Shown here: one piece after another, positions 41,080 to 52,750 of the stretch
Numbering within the stretch: the stretch's first letter is position 1
How the letters are laid out: the number at the start of each line of letters is the position of its first letter
From: an uncultured Gemmatimonadales bacterium
GTDB taxonomy: Bacteria; Gemmatimonadota; Gemmatimonadetes; Gemmatimonadales; Gemmatimonadaceae
Length of the DNA: 64,000 nt
Direction: 5' to 3'
NCBI GenBank assembly: GCA_963707505.1
Contig: CAVPQB010000003.1
Span: 1-64,000, forward strand
Translations under genes and position numbers: made by a program
The notes under the pieces: generated by a model
Databases searched by the model: none
Told to the model about the DNA's origin: nothing
What the model saw: the letters and a program-made list of their open reading frames with translations, nothing else

Positions 41080-42522
41080 CTATCTCTTCATCGGATGAGT
41101 TGCTGCCGGAATTGGCCGCGGCGCGGCTATCCGCAGCCCAATCGCAATCCTGTAAACGATGTAGAGCATTCCGGCGATCATCAGCGCTCGAATGAAAGGT
41201 GGATCGCCGTACCAAAACCACATCAAACCGGAGCATACTGCAGCCGCCCAGATCCACCGGCCGCCAAAACCATTCAACATGCTCCAGCGCTCGATATTTG
41301 CAATGAGCCATCCCCACAGAAACAGAATTCCCGCGACACCCAATGCTCCGAAGTTCTTGAATGGCGTGACAACCGGGTGTAGACCGCCTGACGAAACTCC
41401 GGCCGGATCCTCGGACGCAAGACTCGTCCCCTTTTCGATGGGTCGTGACACGCCGATAGCTTTCGTGATGGGGCCAGGAGGAAGAGCCAGTACGTAGTCG
41501 ACGTACGTTTCGCCGTAATGGTACTGCAAATCTCCGACGCGGTACTGCCATGCGGCACTGAGATTGGTCCACAACACAGCAGTCCACGTGCTTTGTGCCG
41601 AACCGAGTCGCACGATCTGAACGGGCGACAATGTCCGTACGAGTGTTGACGCGTTATACCGAATCGCACCCAAACCGACAAAAACGACGAGCGCCGCGAC
41701 GCCGGGTGGAATCAACTTCACGATTCTCCTCCGGCTCACGGAAGCGGCGGGTGTGTCAGCCTTAAGTCCCGCTGGCGACGTAAGATAAAGCGCGGCGAAC
41801 GCCGCCAACATGCCGCTGGACTCGCGATCGCCTCTCAGCAATTGCAGGAATATGACGACGTACGCCGCCGCCGCCGCGAGCACCCAGCCCTTCGCAGCTC
41901 GCACACCGACCTGGCTCTCACGCTCCGTATCCATGAACAGGAGTGCAAAGATGAGATACGAAACCATGTAAGCAGCACCGAAATTCAGCTTGTCAGCTAC
42001 GCTGGTAGAGTTTGTGGCCGTGTCGAAGATCGTAGCCGACGGGCTCGCGACCCATGAAAAGGCGACTGCACCAACCAGCGCGAGCGCAAACGCGATCGGG
42101 TCAAGCGTGCGTTTTGGCGTTTGAACTGCGCGCAAGACGACGTCACCCACCGGCGGCACCACAAACAAGCCCGCTACAAGCCCCAGCAACCCGATCAACC
42201 CTACGTCTACCATCTGCGCAATCAATACCGGATCGGAGCTTACCTGGATGCCCCGCGCGGTGAACATCCAGACGTAATTGTTCTCGAAGAGATAACCGAC
42301 GAGAATGCTGAAAGGTACGCCGTAGGCGAGCAACATCAGCCTCGGGTAGATGCTGAGCGGGGTCACCCGTATCGCCGCAACAGCGATAATGCACCCGCCG
42401 AGAAGCATGACTATCCCTACATGCAGTGGGACGACCCACCCGAGATTGAACAACGCTGCGAGCGTCGCTGCGCTGCCGAGCAGGAGCGTGACCAGCAGCG
42501 CTGAAAGTACGCGATTATTCAA
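41080..42522 (-). CDS. Polytopic membrane protein, putative O-antigen polymerase Wzy B
   Basis: Roughly 11-12 hydrophobic segments, GDR loop, large periplasmic loop, NFG..GV near the end; assigned largely from context. Confidence 0.55.
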   Translation of the reverse strand: MNNRVLSALLVTLLLGSAATLAALFNLGWVVPLHVGIVMLLGGCIIAVAAIRVTPLSIYPRLMLLAYGVPFSILVGYLFENNYVWMFTARGIQVSSDPVLIAQMVDVGLIGLLGLVAGLFVVPPVGDVVLRAVQTPKRTLDPIAFALALVGAVAFSWVASPSATIFDTATNSTSVADKLNFGAAYMVSYLIFALLFMDTERESQVGVRAAKGWVLAAAAAYVVIFLQLLRGDRESSGMLAAFAALYLTSPAGLKADTPAASVSRRRIVKLIPPGVAALVVFVGLGAIRYNASTLVRTLSPVQIVRLGSAQSTWTAVLWTNLSAAWQYRVGDLQYHYGETYVDYVLALPPGPITKAIGVSRPIEKGTSLASEDPAGVSSGGLHPVVTPFKNFGALGVAGILFLWGWLIANIERWSMLNGFGGRWIWAAAVCSGLMWFWYGDPPFIRALMIAGMLYIVYRIAIGLRIAAPRPIPAATHPMKR

Positions 42523-42662
42523 AAGGTGAGGGTGACCGAGGCGCTGTGTGAGGGTATCCGATCCGCCAGAAAAGCAGGCTGCGATGCGGTGGTCAATGGA
42601 TTAAAGTTAACTCCGCTGCCGGTGAGCGATCTACCGGCGGTAAACCCCTCACACCGGTCCAG

Positions 42663-43788
42663 ATGCGAATCGGAGTAAACGCGCTCTTCCAAGCTCATGG
42701 AGGCAGCCTGGCCAATCTCACCCAGCTCCTCACCGAATGGAACCGGACCGGTGCCCTGGGCGACGACCAGCTGGTTATCTTCGCGAGCAGCGGGTCGGCC
42801 CAGCGACTACGTGATGTGATCCCAGCCCGGTGCGAATTGATCATCGTCGAGGCCGCAGACCGTGGGAGTCTCAGACGAGTTCTCGCCGAGCAGGTGAACC
42901 TGCCGTGGTTACTTGCAAAGCAACATATAGACGTACTCTTCTGCCCCGCGAATACAATCCCGCTAGCCACATCGGTGCCTTGTGTAACGAGACACATTTC
43001 AGAACGCGGCACCGTGCGCGATATTCGCGACGCGGGTATCGGTCTGCGTGTCCGCTGGCGAGTGCTCGGCTTCTTCATGCTCCTGTCTGCAAAGCGATCA
43101 CGTCGCGTCATCTTTCTATCACGATACTTCCTCGATCTTTTTGTCGACAGATTTGAGTTCGATGCTCACCGCGGCATAGTTATTTACAGAACGGGTCCCT
43201 GGTATCCAGACCGGCGCGACACCCGACGCCAGACGCCACGAGGGAGATTTGTCAGTCGCGCACTTGTACCCGTACAAGAACCTTCTGGAGCTGATCGATG
43301 GATTCATCAGCGCACGACGGGCGCGATCCAATGACTGGACACTTATCCTGGCCGGCGCCGAATACGTTGGCGACTACGGCGCTAGAGTCCGCGCACGTCT
43401 TGCCCAGCTCGAAGTGGATGAGGCGGAAGTGCGCCTGCTTGGCGATGTCGCCGCGTCAGAAGTCAGCGCGCTGCTTGCCCGCTGCGAGATCTTTGCATTC
43501 TCATCCGTCTGCGAGAATTGTCCGACGGCACTCGTCGAAGCGTTGCGAATGGGCGTTGCGATCGCATGCTCTTCGGTGGGCGTCATGCCCGAAATCGCAG
43601 GCGACGCCGCCGCGTATTTTGATCCATATGCACCGGCAGACATTGCTCGTGTACTCGGGGGACTGATGGATGATCCGAAGCATCGCGACAATTTACGAGA
43701 CGCGGCTGCCACGCGCGGAAAAGCGTTTCCGAGCCCCTCAGACGCGGCGACCATTACGCTTGCCACGATTCGTGCATCGGCCGGCTAA
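42663..43788 (+). CDS. Glycosyltransferase family 4 (frameshifted)
   Basis: MRIGVNA...; YPYKNLLEL; SVCENCPTALVEA; PEIAGDAAAYFDP. Confidence 0.82.
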
Positions 43789-44768
43789 ACTTTGCGGGTC
43801 GTGAGTCGCAACACAACGTACAACGCCAGCAACCCGACATAGGCGGCAACCAACCCACCGACGGGGACACGTCCACGCCAGAATAGCAACGCGCTCCCAA
43901 GCAGAGCCTCGACCGTGACGTAGCCGACGGTCACGCTCAGATGCGATCGCCATCTACGCGCCGCGCGCTGGTACACATGGTCGCGATGTGGTTTCCATGG
44001 ACGCTCACCGCGAAGAAAGCCGCATCGCACAGAGTGCACGTGGCGTCGACGATGAATGGCGCGAGCAGAAACCCCCACCCGGTTAAACCAACCGTTGTCG
44101 CGCGGTGCGACGTGAGGGCGAGCACCGCTAGCAAAAATCCGAGCGTACCGCTTCCAACGTCCCCCATGAAGATCTTCGCCGGTGGACGATTCCACCACAG
44201 AAACCGCCGACTGCGGCCGCGATCACACTACAGCAGTAGGCTATTGCAATGTCGGTTGTGAATCCCAGAGCAATCGCGGCAAACACGCATGCGGACGCCG
44301 CTTGCGTCGCGGCAATTCCGTCCAGTCCATCCATGAAGTTGAAAAGATTGACCATCCAGACAATGGCGATCAGCGTGGCGAAGAGCCGGTTGAAGAGCCG
44401 ATTGGACTCCCACCGAGCGCATGGATCGCCCACCACGCGGCCCCGATCTGGACGATGAAGCGCGTGCCGGGTGCGACGCTCATGCGATCGTCAAGCCACC
44501 CGATGAATGCGACAATGCTGCCGCCGACGACCAGCGCCGAGGCAAGTGGAGGTGGCACGAGGCCTAGCAGGTATCCAACGCCAACGGCGGCAAACGAAAC
44601 GACGACGAACGCCAGTCCCCCGCCCCGCGGTACGGGGGCCACATGAGAACTGCGTTCGTTCGGAATATCCATCAGCCCGCTCGTCACGGCAACGCCTCGA
44701 ATCCAGCCGGTAAGCGCTAGGGACGCAGCGAACGCGATTGCCAGAATCGCGATTAATTCCGTCGACAT
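43785..44768 (-). CDS. MraY/WecA/WbpL-type undecaprenyl-phosphate HexNAc-1-phosphate transferase (frameshifted)
   Basis: [40 protein letters not shown]. Confidence 0.88.
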
Positions 44769-45698
44769 CAGCGACTCCGAAACCATGTCGCAGACCGTGC
44801 CAGTCCCTCGTCAGTTGAAAAGCGGGGCGCCCCCGTACGGCGCGAAATCAGGCATTGAATCAACCACGAGTGTTCCAGTTGCTCTGAGCACGTCCTCACG
44901 GGTTACTGGACTGAGCCATCCGCGCGACAGCGTTCCAATCAAACCGGCGGTACGAAGAATCGACAACGGAACGCGAACAACGCGAGTCGGCATGCCAAGC
45001 GATCCGGCAATCTTACGTACGAGATCTTCAGTGGACATGGGGGTGCGGTCCGCCGGATAAACGATCGGAGGGCCGTTGGCCGCACGGTCGCAGAGACGTC
45101 GAACACAATCGGCAACATTGCCGACGTACGCCACGTTCTGTCTATTGGTAACCCCGGCCAATGGAATCACACGATTCCGTGCCACCATTTCGTGAATACA
45201 GACCGGAGGGGCCGCCCGCGTATCCCCTCCCCATAAATCATCGGCGGACGGAGAATTAACAATTGTGTCGGTGTGCCAGCGAGCGTTTCGATCATGACAT
45301 TCTCTCGACAGCACGCTTGCCGTGGGCGTACTCGTCACGGCCAACTGCCGCCGCGATCGAGCTGACCAGAACCACGGCACCTACACCAGCCGCTGACGCG
45401 GCGGACGCCGCCAGGGACGCGCTTCGCGCACAGCCAACGTCGTGTGATGCCGATCGCGTGATGACGCGTGAAACACGTGTGCAACACCAGCAGCGTGAAC
45501 CAGTACGTCCGCGCCGTCGCACGCGTGCCGCAGCATCGGTTCGTCGCGAAAATCGTCCCACTGGACTTCCGCACTCCCCGCCGGAGCGTGACGCCCGGCC
45601 CTGACCAGTGCGCGCACTGTCCATCCGCAATCCAGCAAGGCGCGACACACGTGGCCGCCAATGAATCCGGTACTTCCCGTGACGACGGCTATTCGCAT
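44765..45698 (-). CDS. NAD-dependent epimerase/dehydratase (WbpK/WbpV-like), heavily frameshifted
   Basis: VTGSTGFIG, VHAAGVAH, LVSSIAA, YVGNVAD. Confidence 0.7.
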
Positions 45699-46914
45699 GC
45701 GACCTCGGTCTTCCGGTCCGCACAGCGTGTTCGCTAGCGACACGTATTGCGCCACTACAGCGCCGCGCGTGTAGAACTTCTCGGCCACAGCGCGTGCGCG
45801 CGCGCCAGCGGCTACGACCGCATAAGGATCGCTCGCCGCTGCCTCTACCGCACGTACGAGTGCCCGCACGTCGCCCGGTTCGACGATCCACCCGAGGCCA
45901 TGCTCGGCGACGAGCTCAGCAACCTCCGACCGACGGTCAGCCACAACGATTATCGGCCGTCCGGCGCACATGACGTTGTACACTCGGCTCGGTACCGAGA
46001 TGCCCGCCATTCCGTTCACAAAGGCGACCACCGAAACGTCCGCCGCTCCAAGCGTCTCAAGACAGTTGCTCGTGTCCAACGCGACCTCGCCACGATACGT
46101 TGCGCAGGTGCTCTGTCTCTATGGCTGCCTGAACGACGGAAAGCTTGGCTCCGTCACCAACGAACTGCCATTCGATACCAGAGTCGCGTGTCCGCCGCGC
46201 AGCCTCAATCAGCGTCTCGATGTCGTGCGTCCTTCCGATGTTGCCAAGATACTGCACGGTAAACCGCGGATTGGCTCCGCGCGTGATGGGGTGTACGACA
46301 TCATCGTCGCCCCAATTGGGAATCACGATGACCTTTGTCGGGTCCTGCACTCTTGCTCTCGCATGGGTCGCCATGTCGCGGCCGAGCACGATGACTCGCA
46401 TCGCATGAGCATACAGACGTCTCACCGCGCCAGCGATAGCGCGTTCCATCAGTCCGCCAGCGCTGATGAGGCCAACCGCGGTAAGCACGTCCGAATACAC
46501 ATCATGAACCAGCACGCTGTACGCTGCACCGCGCCACCGGCAGGCCAGCGCTACGAGGTAAGGAAGGAACGGCGGATTGGTTACTACGATCACGTGATCG
46601 CCGCGTCGCACCTTGCTCAACGTCTTTACAAACAATAACCACGACACCGACACGGAAAGGGCCAACCGTGAAGCGAGTACGTTCTTGTCCAGCACCGGCG
46701 GCGTAACACGAAACACGCGAACATGATTCCGACACTCGCTCGACGGCGCTCGCATCCCTCTTGCGGCGTAGGTCGGCTGACTGCAGATGACTCCCACCTT
46801 TCGCGTGTTCGCGACGCCCTCAGCGATCCCCGTGACGAAATGTCCGGTAGATACGTGCTCCGGAGCGTAAAGTTCTGACACGAACCAGAGCATCCCTTCC
46901 TTCGGCTCAGACAT
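45699..46914 (-). CDS. Glycosyltransferase family 4 (WbuB-like), frameshifted
   Basis: SELYAPE, TNPPF, HDVYSD, IPNWGD, YLGNIG, VPSRVYN. Confidence 0.82.
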
Positions 46915-48175
46915 CGGATCGATAAACGACGTCCAAAAGTATCTGTTCGAGCGACCGGGCTTGCGCTTCTCTCGTAAGGCCGCTCGCCGCTTCAACCGCG
47001 GTATCGGGAAGACGTCCCCTGTGCCGCCAGTCTCCAAGCCATCCGCCGAGTAGCGACTCGACCTCAGACGAGTTGGTCGCAATGGAACCCGCAGCACGTC
47101 CGCGTATCAGGTCAGCTGCTACGCCGCATGCCATCCCGACGGCGAGGATGGGACGGTGCGCGCCAATGTATTCAAACAGCTTCGTGGTATAGACACCAGG
47201 CTGCGATGCATCATTCCAGAGGAGAAACAACAGGACGTCCGCGGATTGCTGAATTCGCAATGCCTCCGAATGTGACACCGCTGGGAGCACCGATACGCGG
47301 TCTCCCACGCCGAACGACCTCGCGCACGTCATGACGACGGCCGGATCCGAACCGACGAACGTCACATGCACTTCCGCCGCCCTGGGACCCATTCGCGCGA
47401 GTGCATCGAACAGGGGCGCAGGATCCTGGTACGAGCCGTATACGGTCCCGGTGTATATGATGTGAAAGACATCTCGCGGAAGCGTAGGGATTGCCCCGAC
47501 CGCCGAATCCTGCGCGTCATAACCGTTGAGAACTATTGCGACCGGGACGCCAAACCTGTGAAGCGTTTCACCCAACGGCGCAGATACTGTTACAAGCGCA
47601 CTCGCGGTCCGGAGGACCGCACTCTCCAATCGACGTTCGATGCGCTTGCGCCACGCCGGATACGGGTACGCATGGTTGTCAACCCACAGATCGCGGAGAT
47701 CGCCTACCCACGGCACTCCGAGCCGCCGCGCTACTGCACGCGCGATTATCAGCGACGTGACAGGGCTCGAGCTTGCGAGAATGACGTCGGGGCGCCAGTC
47801 GCGTGTGAGCCGGCGCGCGGCGCGAAGCGCAAACGGAAACCAGCCGAACTGCCCATCGGGAAAGTACAGCACGCTACGCAGGATCCCAGCTGACGTCGGC
47901 GTTGCACGCACCGCGTTGCCACTGCTGCTGCGCCGCGACGTGCCGCGTCCCTGGATCATGTCCACGATTCGACGCGCGCCCCACCATCTGGTGTAGGTAA
48001 CGTGATCCGGGGCGATCTCGACTGAGAGAGAGGCCGACGCAACACTCTGGTCTCGCGCCGAAATTACCCTGACATCATGCCCGAAGCGCGAAAGATAGGC
48101 TGCAAACTTGCCGGTCCGCACCGCCCCTGCCGAGTCGAAAGGCGGGAAGAAATAGGAAATGAGAAGCACGCGCAC
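46907..48175 (-). CDS. Glycosyltransferase family 4
   Basis: VLLISYFFPP, DLRDLW, NGYD, YTGT, TKLFEYI. Confidence 0.85.
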   Translation of the reverse strand: MRVLLISYFFPPFDSAGAVRTGKFAAYLSRFGHDVRVISARDQSVASASLSVEIAPDHVTYTRWWGARRIVDMIQGRGTSRRSSSGNAVRATPTSAGILRSVLYFPDGQFGWFPFALRAARRLTRDWRPDVILASSSPVTSLIIARAVARRLGVPWVGDLRDLWVDNHAYPYPAWRKRIERRLESAVLRTASALVTVSAPLGETLHRFGVPVAIVLNGYDAQDSAVGAIPTLPRDVFHIIYTGTVYGSYQDPAPLFDALARMGPRAAEVHVTFVGSDPAVVMTCARSFGVGDRVSVLPAVSHSEALRIQQSADVLLFLLWNDASQPGVYTTKLFEYIGAHRPILAVGMACGVAADLIRGRAAGSIATNSSEVESLLGGWLGDWRHRGRLPDTAVEAASGLTREAQARSLEQILLDVVYRSDV

Positions 48176-48227
48176 GATCAGGCGCGTTCCGATTTGCGGT
48201 GTCCGCGAACAATCAACAGATGCGACG

Positions 48228-49598
48228 TCAACGTAGCCCCGCCATGTCGTCCAGCATGGCAAGATAAGCCTGTCTCCATCCAGCCCAGTCGGCTCCGAAG
48301 GAAGTGTTGTGCCAGAGCAGGGTGAACGTTCCCTCGACATCGCGACAGCGACGTGCGAGCCTGGATACCGTCTCCATTGCGGCGACAGGCGTGAGACCGC
48401 GGTAAAAACGTAATGTCCCGTCCATGACGATCAACGGGATCTCTGTGAGATGGAGAGGATGATCACTCTCGATATCGAATACATTAAACGGATGGCATGT
48501 TCCGCAGCGGAACCCCTCACGGTCGGCGAAGCCCATCGAGGTATCGTACTCCAGACCGACAGCATCCAACGATCTCCACGTCTCGGGCACACACACGCGG
48601 AGATAATGCTGGCGGCTGCCTCTGATCGATGCCCGTGCCGACATCCGGGCATACTCCAACATTAGCGCCGCCCGGTCGCGCATCGTGTCATATCCCGCAT
48701 GAAGGCCAATCTCGAATCCATCTGCGATAAGTCGTTCGATCAGTGAACGTGTGAAATGAGCGTCGATGTCGTAATCGCCGTTCCGGGGTGAAGGCTCTGC
48801 AGCAATAAAATAAAAGGCGCTCGACATACCACGTTCGCGAGATGCGGACGCAAGATCAAACACTCCGCGGACCGATTGCGACGCCTCTGCATTTCTGTAT
48901 TCGCGCACAATTTGCCGCGTTGTCTGGAAGGCGCTTCCGATGTCTCTTCGGCGAACAACGTCACCCACAATCCGTCGCACGACGGAACGCCATCCGCGAG
49001 CCGTAAAGAGGCGATCAACATCATGGCTGAGCTGAACACGAAACGCCCCAACGCTTGGCCGCCAGTGTGGCGCGATACGCATGACCCACGCGCGAAGGAC
49101 CAGCGCGTACTCGTCCACAACAGGGCAGTCGATGAATCCCTGCCGACCCGCGACGGATGCCGTTGCGGGAAAGCGTCCGTGCGCATCCACGCATGTACCG
49201 ACGGTTTCTTCCCAACGCGACAACATGAAGAACGTCACTGCAATGATATCAATGTCGAACACTACTCCTGGGTTCGTGTCATGATGCCGTACGAACGATT
49301 CATTCTGTGCCACTGCCCTGACGAATACGAGCGGGACGGTGCGATCCGGGCCGTTGCCATCCGGATAAAGCGTTCCCGCGGCAACGTGCGCTATCGAACC
49401 GTCGGGGGCGCGGCACAATTCGTCAAACGCACCACCCGGAGCGCGATGTATGACTACGGTGAGGCTAGCGCCGGTCGCTGGCACGCTGTCCCCCCCATAC
49501 ACCAGCCTCACTGGCGCGTTGAGCGGATCGAATCCCGCGCGCCTCGCGAGTTCTGCCCACGCATACGCGACGGCAGCAGGCGTCAGATCGCTCGCCAT
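48228..49598 (-). CDS. Polysaccharide deacetylase-like protein (DUF7033-type)
   Basis: FFMLSRWEE, LSHDVD, EIGLH, RQHYLR, YDTSMG, GFRCGTCHPF, LLWHN. Confidence 0.8.
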   Translation of the reverse strand: MASDLTPAAVAYAWAELARRAGFDPLNAPVRLVYGGDSVPATGASLTVVIHRAPGGAFDELCRAPDGSIAHVAAGTLYPDGNGPDRTVPLVFVRAVAQNESFVRHHDTNPGVVFDIDIIAVTFFMLSRWEETVGTCVDAHGRFPATASVAGRQGFIDCPVVDEYALVLRAWVMRIAPHWRPSVGAFRVQLSHDVDRLFTARGWRSVVRRIVGDVVRRRDIGSAFQTTRQIVREYRNAEASQSVRGVFDLASASRERGMSSAFYFIAAEPSPRNGDYDIDAHFTRSLIERLIADGFEIGLHAGYDTMRDRAALMLEYARMSARASIRGSRQHYLRVCVPETWRSLDAVGLEYDTSMGFADREGFRCGTCHPFNVFDIESDHPLHLTEIPLIVMDGTLRFYRGLTPVAAMETVSRLARRCRDVEGTFTLLWHNTSFGADWAGWRQAYLAMLDDMAGLR

Positions 49599-49615
49599 CG
49601 GCAATCGTGGCGCGC

Positions 49616-50586
49616 CTAACGTCGTCGCCTCGCCAGGGCGGAAGCCTGACGAATGGCGCGATACATCAGATATGACGGCGACGTTATGCGCTCAAGGGCC
49701 GAGTATGATTCCGGGCGTGCTCCGAATGCGCGGACAAATCGTTCTACGGGCTCGAGCATGGACCCTTCGAAGTCAAATGCGGGCGCGACACTTGCCGCGA
49801 ACTGGATCGCCGACCAGAGCACGAGCGCAGTCGCGCCGCTATTCCGAAGTGCCGGATCGCCGCCGCCCATGAGGTAATACGCCGAGCGTTTGTCCCACAC
49901 GACGTACGCAACGGCGTGTGGCGTCCCATCCGCACCGCGTGCAACAAAAATACGTCGTGCATTTCTCGATGCGCACGCTGCATCCACTCGCGCGACCAGC
50001 GCGCGGTCGTAAGGAACCTTCATCCCCGCCGCGTAAAGGTCTTTTCGTGCACACCCCAAAATGCATCCAGCCCCTCGTCGACGTTCACAGTGACTCCGAG
50101 GCGCTCCGCCTTCCGAATATCGGTGCGAATATTATCGCGGAACCCCGCCCATACATTGTCGAGCCGGCTAAGGTCCGACAGCACGAATGTGTATCGCGTG
50201 GTCTGACTGAATCCAACCCACGCGAGAGGGGCCCAGTACGTGAAACCCCTGTGGCATCGTGCGCGTACTATATCGGACGCCGGAAGCGCCGACGCCAGCT
50301 CCGTCATTATATCCTTTTCCCGCGCCAGTCGCGTCGACAACTTGCCGCCTCCTGTCGGACCAAGGAGCACGCCGAGCCAGGGCGTCAGTGGTGGCATATC
50401 AATTAGTGTCCGACCGAAGGCGCGCCTCACGACGTATGGCCACGCGGCGTCGATGCGACCGTCTTTCGTCACAACGGCGTAGCCGTGGTGACCTGGCGCT
50501 ACCGCATCGAGCCACCATGATGTGCAGAAAATGGACCCCTGCGGCGACATGGCGACGAAGTCATCATAGGCGTCGTTATCGATCAT
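49616..50586 (-). CDS. GNAT/FemAB-like acyl- or aminoacyl-transferase (frameshift near 50040)
   Basis: SIFCTSWWLD, PPLTPWLG, RDNIRTDIRKA, AYYLMGG, FDFEGS, FVRAFG. Confidence 0.78.
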
Positions 50587-51280
50587 TCGCAGCCGACGAC
50601 GGGTTCTTTTTCAATACGGCATGAAAACGGTATTCGTACCCGGACGACGAAAATGTCTCCACAGCAAATCCACTGCTCGTTGCCAGTCGCGCAACCTGGG
50701 ATCGGTGATACCAGAGTCCGATTCCGTCATCCTTGCGCAGCAATTCCGTTGATACAAGTGAGTTGAGTGCACGGGATATCGAAAACGCTAAATCAGACCG
50801 CAACGCACCGCCGCGGTACGCCCACCGAAGCGACGCGTCCGGGATATTTGCGATGAGATAGGTACCGCCCGGACGTAGAATGCGCGACGCCTCCGCAATA
50901 TTCAGTCGAAGATCGGCGAGAGAAAGGTATTGCGCCAGCTGATTGCAGAAAACAAACTCCGCAATGCCGTCAGCTAGCGGAACGTGCGTGGCGTCCGCGC
51001 GCGCAACCATGGCAGCCGGGGACTGTTCTCGAAAAGCCGCAGTCATGGCCTCGGAAAAATCCACGCCGACATACGACTCGAATGCGGCCGTCATGAATGT
51101 GAAAAGGTCTCCGCGCCCGCACCCGAGCTCGACTGCAAGATTTACGATCGGGGGCGCGTAGAGCAGCAGTTCCGAAGCGTAGAAACGCAACCAGTCGGGC
51201 TCGTTGTGACGATGCCCGGCGTTTGAGCGGCCCTGCCACATGGCAGACCAGTGATCGCGGTATGCCACTACTCGGGCCAC
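50576..51280 (-). CDS. Class I SAM-dependent methyltransferase
   Basis: VELGCGRG, VGVDFS, ADATHVP, RILRPGG. Confidence 0.85.
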   Translation of the reverse strand: MARVVAYRDHWSAMWQGRSNAGHRHNEPDWLRFYASELLLYAPPIVNLAVELGCGRGDLFTFMTAAFESYVGVDFSEAMTAAFREQSPAAMVARADATHVPLADGIAEFVFCNQLAQYLSLADLRLNIAEASRILRPGGTYLIANIPDASLRWAYRGGALRSDLAFSISRALNSLVSTELLRKDDGIGLWYHRSQVARLATSSGFAVETFSSSGYEYRFHAVLKKNPSSAANDR

Positions 51281-52671
51281 GACAGCGCACGAACGATATT
51301 TCCAACCGCTCCCTGCGTGTAGTAACGTTCCACAACACTCGACGGATACTCAAATCCTGCCGGATCGCGGAATACCCTGAGAAGATCTTGAGGACTGTCT
51401 GCGCGCAGGGCATGCCCTCGGACCTCGAGGTCGCCGATGTTCTCCCAGGTCTGTAGCGGAAGGAACACGGTCGGCGTGCCCAACCCGACCGCTTCGAAGT
51501 GTGACGTCGACGAAATGCTGACGTGAACTCGCGCACGGGCGATTAGATCCAGCGACGAGATATCTGCGTCGTGACTCACGATGCTGACACGTGAGTCATG
51601 CCCCAGCACTCGCCGGAATATCTGGCGATCGCCCGAATACACCGGATGAATCTTGATGATGAGCTGCAGGTCACGGGGAGCGATATCGAGGAAATCCTTG
51701 AAGAAGGCAGCTGTCGCCTCGGGCTGAATGCCCTGTGCAGTGAACAAGACGGTCTTTCGGTCCCGAAGCGGAACGGTCGATCTTGCGCGCACACGGTCCA
51801 ATGGAATGCTGCCGACCGCTGCCGCTCTACCCTGCCAGAACGACGTGGACTCGAGCTGCTCCGCCCAGTATGGACCGAACATCAGAAGTCGATCGGCGAC
51901 CGGCATACCCTGTCGATGCTCGACCGCTGAGTCTGGCCAGAGATAAGCACCCTCGTTGAGGACGCCATGCTGCATATCTACAACCTCTGCGCCACATGCT
52001 TTCGCGGCGGCGATCATACCGTGCTCGCTCCAGTCGATCACAATCACCTGTCGCGGACGAACGCGCCTGAAGAACACATCATGGAGTCGCTTCGACCATG
52101 CGAAGTGAGCAAGCATCGATAGGAGCTCGCCTCGCCCCACCAGCCGTCGGCCAAACGCGCGGCGGAGCCGCTCGCTCAGCTCATCGGCAATCGGGCCAAG
52201 ATCGCGCGGCGCCGCCAGCCTGCGTCCGATAGCCCCCGCAATCTGAATGCCGCCGGACGTTACGTAGCGGCTGCTGCGCTTGGGCCGCCGAACTGAGAAC
52301 CGTTGATCATTCGGCGTCTCTAGTATCATCGACCCGGGCAGCGAGTCGACAACCTCCTGAACGAATGTGTCGCCGAATTGGCCAGCACCGACCTCGTGTG
52401 TCAGGCTCGTTGCATGTGTGCCAAACACGCGGTCAACGCGCGTTAGGCCCGCGTACGATATACCGTCGGCAGCGGCGTCTCGGAATCGATGCGCGACAGA
52501 TGTGAGCGACCTCACATCGGCGCGATCCACGGCGAATGTAGCGCCAGTCAGCTTCGTGATCGCCACAGGGCGCACGATGGGCCACACCGACCATCCACGG
52601 TACGTCACGTCGAGCATGTCGTCGACCCGCTCGGCGTCGGCCACCATCGACTGAGCCTGCGGGTAGCTCAT
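51268..52671 (-). CDS. Hypothetical GT-B-like protein; candidate CMP-nonulosonate transferase
   Basis: MQHG, VLFTAQ, IIKIHP and SISSTSHFEA motifs; lies next to wzx and the Leg genes. Confidence 0.5.
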   Translation of the reverse strand: MSYPQAQSMVADAERVDDMLDVTYRGWSVWPIVRPVAITKLTGATFAVDRADVRSLTSVAHRFRDAAADGISYAGLTRVDRVFGTHATSLTHEVGAGQFGDTFVQEVVDSLPGSMILETPNDQRFSVRRPKRSSRYVTSGGIQIAGAIGRRLAAPRDLGPIADELSERLRRAFGRRLVGRGELLSMLAHFAWSKRLHDVFFRRVRPRQVIVIDWSEHGMIAAAKACGAEVVDMQHGVLNEGAYLWPDSAVEHRQGMPVADRLLMFGPYWAEQLESTSFWQGRAAAVGSIPLDRVRARSTVPLRDRKTVLFTAQGIQPEATAAFFKDFLDIAPRDLQLIIKIHPVYSGDRQIFRRVLGHDSRVSIVSHDADISSLDLIARARVHVSISSTSHFEAVGLGTPTVFLPLQTWENIGDLEVRGHALRADSPQDLLRVFRDPAGFEYPSSVVERYYTQGAVGNIVRALSWPE

Positions 52672-52750
52672 GGTCTCCTGCGGCCCGCCCATCAGCCAAC
52701 GCCCGAGCTATGGGCCAAGCGATATTGCGATCCCTCGCCCCTCGTGCACA

